Position numbers and translations under genes: made by a program
Shown: positions 1 to 4,073 of the stretch, one piece after another
Numbering within the stretch: position 1 is the first letter of the stretch
Layout of the letters: the number at the start of each line of letters is the position of its first letter
DNA from: a virus
Taxonomy: Duplodnaviria > Heunggongvirae > Uroviricota > Caudoviricetes
Virus record (IMG/VR): IMGVR_UViG_3300007747_000097
Direction: 5' to 3' (one strand)
Length of the DNA stretch: 4,073 bases
Notes under the pieces: model-generated
What the model was told of the DNA's origin: nothing
The model's database searches: none
The model's input: only the letters and a program-made list of their open reading frames with translations

Positions 1-429
1 CTTCCTCATTACTGGATGTATTACATCCTGTTGTTTTGCGTTAGCTATGTGCTTAACGGCGTTGTTAATTCCGCTTATCACGCTGTGACTGTAAGAATTG
101 AGATATTCGCTGCTCAGAAGCGCAAATCTAAAGAAGAGAAATACGTGCAAGATTTGTTTGATTCGTTAACTCTTGGAGAAAGAGCGTATTTGGCATTCGC
201 TGTAGCCGCTAATAACCAGCTAAAGACAGAAAAGGGAAGCCCTGAAGCAATCTCATTGCTCGAAAAAGGGCTTCTTATTCGGGTACCTTCTGCTACTGGA
301 TATCCTGAAATCGACCGTTTTGTTATCCCGGAACGCTATAGAAATGAGTGCTACATTAGGTTTGCTGGGAAGAAAGACAGTCTTATGGATGAACTTATCG
401 CTCAGGATAAGCATGGCAAAAACAAGTAA
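1..429 (+). CDS. Hypothetical protein, 5' end outside window; hydrophobic N-terminal stretch then charged C-terminal region; possibly a SieB-like superinfection exclusion protein (tentative)
   Basis: Reading frame is open from nt 1 (no stop before the first ATG at 16) to the TAA at 427-429, so at least 143 codons. No comparable minus-strand ORF exists in 1-456. Visible part begins with a hydrophobic segment (YYILLFCVSYVLNGVV). It is convergent with N, so it cannot be transcribed from PL. The SieB assignment rests on position only, and I am not certain of the orientation of sieB in lambda/P22. Confidence 0.5.
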   Translation, partial: LPHYWMYYILLFCVSYVLNGVVNSAYHAVTVRIEIFAAQKRKSKEEKYVQDLFDSLTLGERAYLAFAVAANNQLKTEKGSPEAISLLEKGLLIRVPSATGYPEIDRFVIPERYRNECYIRFAGKKDSLMDELIAQDKHGKNK

Positions 430-456
430 TTAGCAAATGAATTTATCATCTCGCCG

Positions 457-711
457 TCAGTTGTTTTGATTTCTTCCACTGCATTCATCTACTTTCTTGC
501 AGCGAAGGCTTCCGAGTGATATTGCTTTTTCAGAAAGGCTTAACCGCTTTCTCGGGTCTTCCTGAACAGGTTCCTCACTGTCTGTGCCGAAGATCGAATC
601 GATGATGTTGCAGATGGAATCACGCTCGATGGCCAGCTTTCTGCGCCGCTCATGACGGCGAGTTTTGGCATTTCCTGCAAATGTTGATTTTCCGTACACG
701 ATTACCGTCAT
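457..711 (-). CDS. N: Antitermination protein N, P22 (gene 24) type
   Basis: Translation from the ATG at 711 gives MTVIVYGKSTFAGNAKTRRHERRRKLAIER..., containing the arginine-rich motif GNAKTRRHERRRKLAIER that I recognise as the P22 N boxB-binding peptide. A GAGGA Shine-Dalgarno lies about 7 nt upstream on the minus strand. The ORF track's 112-aa form (start at 795) adds 28 residues with no such support. Confidence 0.85.
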   Translation of the reverse strand: MTVIVYGKSTFAGNAKTRRHERRRKLAIERDSICNIIDSIFGTDSEEPVQEDPRKRLSLSEKAISLGSLRCKKVDECSGRNQNN

Positions 712-829
712 GATGTTTTCCTCATGTGAAATGGCTTTGGTGGTGATGCGCCAGATGCTGATCTTCTGGTTGCTGTCGTTACTGCTGCAATTCACATCAC
801 CCCAAACCCATCTCGTTTGGTATCTGTTC

Positions 830-864
830 GCGCTTTGTCAGCGCATCATCGAAGTTAAAGAGCC
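830..864 (-). promoter_or_regulatory. nutL site: boxA-like element plus boxB hairpin (P22-type, GACAA loop)
   Basis: Minus strand reads GGCTCTTTAAC (boxA-like, plus 854-864), a 9-nt spacer, then GCGCTGACAAAGCGC (plus 830-844), a perfect 5-bp stem with a GACAA pentaloop matching the P22 boxB I recall. It lies about 120 nt upstream of the N start in the leftward transcript. Confidence 0.75.
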
Positions 865-899
865 TGCCAATCTGTTCCGTTTGGCTGCCAGCGTCCTGC

Positions 900-1000
900 T
901 GATGGCGATTATAATGAACCAATAGTTCGATATTATCAAGAACTATAAGTACGAATTGTTTGTGGTTCATTAACTTAATGAGATATGTTTTTGATATGTA
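900..1000 (-). promoter_or_regulatory. Putative PL promoter / OL operator region (approximate)
   Basis: AT-rich non-coding DNA upstream of nutL on the minus strand. It contains ATTATAAT (908-915), a minus-strand TATAGT (revcomp of 940-945) and the 9-mer AAGTACGAA (947-955), which is identical to the right half of the OR palindrome at 2947-2955. The -35/-10 pairing is not clean, so boundaries are inferred from lambda architecture. Confidence 0.3.
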
Positions 1001-1118
1001 AAGGAATTTATTTTTGTAAAGATTGAAGATTGGTCAGTAGGAGAGAAAGAATTGTTTGCTGGCGTGTTAGTTCGTGGGTTAGCACATGTGCGGATGTTAA
1101 ATAAGGTAGACGATCGTG

Positions 1119-1147
1119 AGGAAAAGAAAAACCGGCGCTGAGGCCGG
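1119..1147 (-). terminator. Rho-independent terminator ending the cI / 299-aa gene transcript
   Basis: Hairpin CCGGC-GCTGAG-GCCGG (1132-1147) lies 6 nt past the stop of the 299-aa ORF and is followed on the minus strand by TTTTTCTTTTCC (plus-strand A-tract 1119-1131). Confidence 0.6.
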
Positions 1148-1153
1148 GTATAA

Positions 1154-2053
1154 TTATTTGATTATTTCTTTTATAAAGACTTCTTTCGGTTGGTATTTTT
1201 TATCTGATGATTTGAGCTGGTACGTTATTGTTATATCAGCACGTACAGAAAATTTACCTGCAAAATCTGATGGGTTTACGTTGGGGCCAAGAACCATATT
1301 TACTCTTCGATCTATTAATCCAGGGATAACAGCAGCCCAACCTTTCTCTGGATTGTCGAGGTCTAATGCACGGATTTCAACATCAACATCAAAATGATCC
1401 TGAGTATATGACTCTGGTGTGAAGACAACTTCAGTTGGGGCTTTTTTAATGGTTTCAGCGGGAATGGTCACTGTACCACCCCCTGTACCTATGACCATCG
1501 TAGATCCTTCGTCTGCCCTAGCTGGGGCAAGCGTCTTAATGGAACTTTTGGCAAGAGTCTTCTTATTGGTTACCGTGCTTTCTATGATTGCTTGAAGACG
1601 GTCAGGTGAAATATTAGCCTCACCGGCACCAATATTGATGATTGTATTGTTATTTGCTTCAAAGTGGGAGGTGTTGCTTGGAGCCATAGCCTTAGTTGCT
1701 AGAACTAAGCCATATCCAACCAGACCAATAACAACAGCACCAACGAGAGCGTTTCTCATTTTCCCATTTCCGATCTTTGCATGAGCGCCAGCAAGAAACT
1801 TGTCCATTTCTTCTTGGCTACCAAAGAGGAGTTTAATAACAATATCTTCATAAAGGCTTCCTGCTTCTAATCGCGCAACATGCACCGATATATCAAGGAT
1901 ATTAGCCCCTGTCAGTTCCTGCAAAACACCTTCTGATTGTTTTGCGATGGCCTCCCACCCTTGAAGGGAGGTAATCACATCTTTGATGCTTACAGGTTCT
2001 TTAGTTGAATAATATATGTTTTCGGTAAAGGTTAAAGATAATTCTTGGGACAT
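1154..2053 (-). CDS. Hypothetical single-pass membrane protein, 299 aa, unknown function; candidate lysogen-expressed exclusion/abortive-infection protein
   Basis: 900-nt ORF with a GAGGG Shine-Dalgarno 5 nt upstream of its ATG (2051-2053). One strongly hydrophobic segment at about residues 101-123 (NALVGAVVIGLVGYGLVLATKAM) is preceded by GKMR, suggesting N-in topology. Same strand as cI, 130 nt downstream of its stop, then a terminator. I recognise no family motifs (no kinase, nuclease or HTH signatures). Confidence 0.8.
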   Translation of the reverse strand: MSQELSLTFTENIYYSTKEPVSIKDVITSLQGWEAIAKQSEGVLQELTGANILDISVHVARLEAGSLYEDIVIKLLFGSQEEMDKFLAGAHAKIGNGKMRNALVGAVVIGLVGYGLVLATKAMAPSNTSHFEANNNTIINIGAGEANISPDRLQAIIESTVTNKKTLAKSSIKTLAPARADEGSTMVIGTGGGTVTIPAETIKKAPTEVVFTPESYTQDHFDVDVEIRALDLDNPEKGWAAVIPGLIDRRVNMVLGPNVNPSDFAGKFSVRADITITYQLKSSDKKYQPKEVFIKEIIK

Positions 2054-2182
2054 CCGAGCCCTCGCTGTTTCTTTCGATTTGCTGTGTTAAGCTAATATTT
2101 TAATATCCATGTTTCTGTTTGCTTGCAGTGTGTTTCTCACCACCATCCAAACGTACTGGTTACTAGCTATGTGATGATGAAG

Positions 2183-2890
2183 TCATGAACTTTTCAGCCA
2201 TTCCCTGGCCTCGATGTCATCTAGGTGGCGAGATTGCTTCAGAATACCAGCTACATACTCCACCTTTGCTACTTGATGATAAGGCAACGTTATTGGCCTG
2301 TGGTCTTGGTTGATGCTTGTAAATTGGTATTCTCCGTCTCTGTCATAGCCAAGAACCTTGATCATGTTGTGCCCTTCAATGGTTCTGACAAACACCTCAT
2401 CACCTGGGAATACTTTGGTGTTAGGCTCAATGAGTACATATTCTCCTGATTTTATTCTGGGCCACATGCTGTCTCCTTTTACACGAAGACCAAAGGCATC
2501 TGGATCATCGCTATAAATCTTGAGCCACCCATCGCGCTCTTCGGTCATCTCGATGGCACCATCAACACCAAGAATTGCCTCACCAACCACGCGCACTAAC
2601 CCTTTTTTTAATTTGCCAACAATTGAAAAAGTATCTTCATCATTCGCTCCATTTAACGAAGTGCCGTGCTGAAGCCAAACAACATCAACGTTTAGAAATT
2701 TCGCAAGCGCATTCATTTTTTCCTGGCGTGGTAAAGACTCAGCATTAAACCATTTGCTAACGCCTTTGGACGAAAGAGAAAGGGCACGGGCTATGGCCAT
2801 TCCCCTACCATGTTCATCAAGACCAGCTTCTTTACAGGCTTGCGCTAGCCGCTGGGCGAATTCTTTGCGCACTTTTTCATTCTGAACCAT
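2183..2890 (-). CDS. cI: CI prophage repressor, N-terminal HTH domain plus C-terminal LexA-like S24 autopeptidase domain
   Basis: 235-aa ORF. N-terminal region has an HTH-like segment (GMAIARALSLSSKGVSKW). C-terminal region carries the S24 Ser/Lys dyad context (VKGDSMWP ... HNMIKVL). No Shine-Dalgarno precedes the ATG at 2888-2890, consistent with a leaderless PRM transcript as in lambda. Divergent from cro across a 78-bp operator region. Confidence 0.9.
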   Translation of the reverse strand: MVQNEKVRKEFAQRLAQACKEAGLDEHGRGMAIARALSLSSKGVSKWFNAESLPRQEKMNALAKFLNVDVVWLQHGTSLNGANDEDTFSIVGKLKKGLVRVVGEAILGVDGAIEMTEERDGWLKIYSDDPDAFGLRVKGDSMWPRIKSGEYVLIEPNTKVFPGDEVFVRTIEGHNMIKVLGYDRDGEYQFTSINQDHRPITLPYHQVAKVEYVAGILKQSRHLDDIEAREWLKSS

Positions 2891-2968
2891 GAGTACGATA
2901 CTAAAGCACTTGCAAAAACTTTCAGTTCAACCATAATGCGTACTGAAAGTACGAAAAAGGACATTCCT
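2891..2968. promoter_or_regulatory. OR region: divergent PR (rightward) and PRM (leftward) with operator candidates
   Basis: Candidate PR is -35 TTGCAA (2910-2915), 16-nt spacer, -10 CATAAT (2932-2937). A 15-bp palindrome CGTACTGAAAGTACG (2939-2953) overlaps the predicted start site, in an OR1-like position. AGTACG recurs at 2892-2897 next to the cI start, and CTTTCAG/CTGAAAG inverted repeats sit at 2919-2925 and 2943-2949. A minus-strand TAGTAT ends 11 nt before the cI ATG and could serve as the PRM -10. Confidence 0.55.
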
Positions 2969-3196
2969 ATGCAAAATCTTGATGAGCCGATTAAAGGTGT
3001 CGGCATCCCTGAAGTTGCGAAGGCTTGTGGAGTTAGCGAAAGGGCTGTCTATAAGTGGCTCAAAAACGGCTTCCTCCCTAAGACTGAGTTTTTTGGGAAA
3101 ACGAAATACGCATCAAAAATCGAAGAGATTTCTGGTGGCAAATATCAAGCAAGCGAAATGCTTGAAATAAGCAAAAAGAACCTTCTGGCAGCATAA
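2969..3196 (+). CDS. cro: Cro-like HTH repressor (75 aa)
   Basis: ATG at 2969 is preceded by AAGGA (2956-2960) at 8-nt spacing. HTH motif GIPEVAKACGVSERAVYKWLKNG. First rightward gene, divergent from cI. The in-frame ATG at 2936 used by the ORF track lies inside the -10/operator and lacks a Shine-Dalgarno. Confidence 0.8.
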   Translation: MQNLDEPIKGVGIPEVAKACGVSERAVYKWLKNGFLPKTEFFGKTKYASKIEEISGGKYQASEMLEISKKNLLAA

Positions 3197-3203
3197 GTAA
3201 CAC

Positions 3204-3238
3204 CGCTCTTTATCAATCTGCACCGCCGACAACGCGGT
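3204..3238 (+). promoter_or_regulatory. nutR site: boxA plus boxB-like hairpin
   Basis: CGCTCTTTATCAA (3204-3216) matches the boxA consensus. It is followed by ACCGC-CGACAAC-GCGGT (3222-3238), a 5-bp stem whose loop contains GACAA, as in nutL. Located just downstream of the cro stop, as in lambda. Confidence 0.7.
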
Positions 3239-3302
3239 AACTAATTAAGAACTCATCGAAAGATGCGTATTAGTGATTATTTACCTATGGAAATAGTAAG
3301 AA

Positions 3303-3602
3303 ATGGAACAAACAAATTACAGCAAACTATCACAGCGCGACGTTGATCGCGCAGAAACAGATTTACTTATCAACCTGTCAACGCTTACTCAGCGCGGTCT
3401 GGCAAAGATGATTGGCTGTCATGAATCGAAGATAAGCAGAACAGACTGGAGGTTTATAGCTTCGGTCTTGTGTGCTTTTGGCATGGCATCAGACATCAGT
3501 CCGATTAGCAGAGCTTTTAAGTATGCGCTTGATGAAATCACCAATAAAAAACGCCCGGTGTGCAAGACCGAGCGTTCTGAACAAATCCAGATGGAGTTCT
3601 GA
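3303..3602 (+). CDS. cII: CII transcriptional activator homologue (99 aa), mosaic
   Basis: C-terminus ...TNKKRPVCKTERSEQIQMEF closely matches the lambda CII C-terminus (...TNKKRPAATERSEQIQMEF) as I recall it. The N-terminal two-thirds is divergent but retains an HTH-like segment (TQRGLAKMIGCHESKISR). Position between cro/nutR and O. Confidence 0.85.
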   Translation: MEQTNYSKLSQRDVDRAETDLLINLSTLTQRGLAKMIGCHESKISRTDWRFIASVLCAFGMASDISPISRAFKYALDEITNKKRPVCKTERSEQIQMEF

Positions 3603-3624
3603 GGTCATTACTGGATCTATCAAC
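3543..3624 (-). ncRNA. oop: oop-like antisense RNA overlapping the 3' end of cII
   Basis: The minus strand from 3624 reads GTTGATAGATCCAGTAATGACCTCAGAACTCCATCTGGATTTGTTCAGAACGCTCGG..., matching the lambda oop RNA 5' sequence from memory. It ends in a hairpin (wobble-containing stem around CGGTCTTGCACACCGG) followed by a TTTTTTATT run (revcomp of 3543-3551). Exact ends are approximate. Confidence 0.55.
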
Positions 3625-3634
3625 AGGAGTCATT

Positions 3635-4073
3635 ATGACAAATACAGCAAAAATACTCAACTTCGGCAGAGGTAACTTTGCCGGACAGGAGCGTAATGTG
3701 GCAGATCTCGATGATGGTTACGCCAGACTATCAAATATGCTGCTTGAGGCTTATTCGGGCGCAGATCTGACCAAGCGACAGTTTAAAGTGCTGCTTGCCA
3801 TTCTGCGTAAAACCTATGGGTGGAATAAACCAATGGACAGAATCACCGATTCTCAACTTAGCGAGATTACAAAGTTACCTGTCAAACGGTGCAATGAAGC
3901 CAAGTTAGAACTCGTCAGAATGAATATTATCAAGCAGCAAGGCGGCATGTTTGGACCAAACAAAAACATCTCAGAATGGTGCATCCCTCAAAACGAGGGA
4001 AAATCCCCTAAAACGAGGGATAAAACATCCCTCAAATTGGGGGATTGCTATCCCTCAAAACAGGGGGACACAA
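3635..4073 (+). CDS. O: Replication initiator O, N-terminal part (3' end outside window)
   Basis: ATG at 3635 is preceded by AGGAGT. Translation MTNTAKILNFGRGNFAGQERNVADLDDGYARLSNMLLEAYSGADLTKRQFKVLLAILRKTYGWNKPMDRITDSQL... matches lambda O as I recall it. The ori iterons lie inside the coding sequence, as in lambda. Confidence 0.9.
   Translation, partial: MTNTAKILNFGRGNFAGQERNVADLDDGYARLSNMLLEAYSGADLTKRQFKVLLAILRKTYGWNKPMDRITDSQLSEITKLPVKRCNEAKLELVRMNIIKQQGGMFGPNKNISEWCIPQNEGKSPKTRDKTSLKLGDCYPSKQGDT
3983..4068. repeat. Lambda-type replication origin iterons (four O-binding sites)
   Basis: Four roughly 18-bp repeats, each internally dyad-symmetric: ATCCCTCAAAACGAGGGA (3983-4000), ATCCCCTAAAACGAGGGA (4003-4020), ATCCCTCAAATTGGGGGA (4027-4044), ATCCCTCAAAACAGGGGGA (4050-4068). 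Confidence 0.9.

Noticed and set aside
712-795. 28-codon N-terminal extension of N (start at 795)
   Set aside because: The ATG at 711 has a GAGGA Shine-Dalgarno and yields the canonical P22-type N-terminus with the arginine-rich motif at residues 13-30; the extension has no such support.
665-925. 86-aa plus-strand ORF
   Set aside because: Lies antisense to the N 5' region and runs across nutL and the PL leader; no Shine-Dalgarno and a low-complexity hydrophobic translation. A by-product of the N coding strand.
1149-1154. Plus-strand TATAAT just after the terminator hairpin
   Set aside because: No -35 partner, and it would drive transcription antisense into the 299-aa gene; likely chance AT-rich sequence overlapping the stop codon.
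1116-1397. 93-aa plus-strand ORF
   Set aside because: Starts inside the terminator hairpin and runs antisense through the 3' end of the 299-aa gene; no ribosome-binding site. Most likely spurious.
2225-2449. 74-aa plus-strand ORF
   Set aside because: Entirely antisense within cI, whose S24 repressor reading is far stronger.
2936-2968. Upstream in-frame ATG for cro at 2936
   Set aside because: It sits inside the predicted PR -10 and operator palindrome, upstream of the likely transcription start, with no Shine-Dalgarno; the ATG at 2969 has AAGGA at correct spacing.
2979-3170. 63-aa plus-strand ORF
   Set aside because: Alternative frame inside cro; the Lys/Arg/Ser-rich translation is typical of an out-of-frame artefact.
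3472-3675. 67-aa plus-strand ORF
   Set aside because: Out-of-frame overlap of the cII 3' end and the O 5' end; the region is already explained by cII, oop and O.
3983-4068. Possible CRISPR array (regular short repeats)
   Set aside because: Only four repeats, each internally palindromic, with variable 2-6 bp gaps rather than unique spacers, and lying inside the O coding sequence; these are ori iterons.

Overview
This window is the immunity/early-regulatory region of a mosaic lambdoid prophage, read from sequence and recalled family knowledge only (no searches run). Left to right: a 5'-truncated plus-strand ORF convergent with N (possibly SieB-like); a P22-type N antiterminator (-) with its nutL site; an AT-rich PL/OL region; a terminator; a 299-aa single-pass membrane protein of unknown function (-) sitting directly downstream of cI where lambda carries rexAB; a LexA/S24-type CI repressor (-); a divergent OR/PR/PRM region with a 15-bp palindromic operator candidate; cro (+); nutR; a cII homologue (+); an oop-like antisense RNA; and the 5' part of a lambda-type O gene with four ori iterons. 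The main candidate for an undescribed system is the 299-aa membrane protein apparently co-transcribed with cI, which fits a lysogen-expressed exclusion or abortive-infection role; its function cannot be assigned from sequence.
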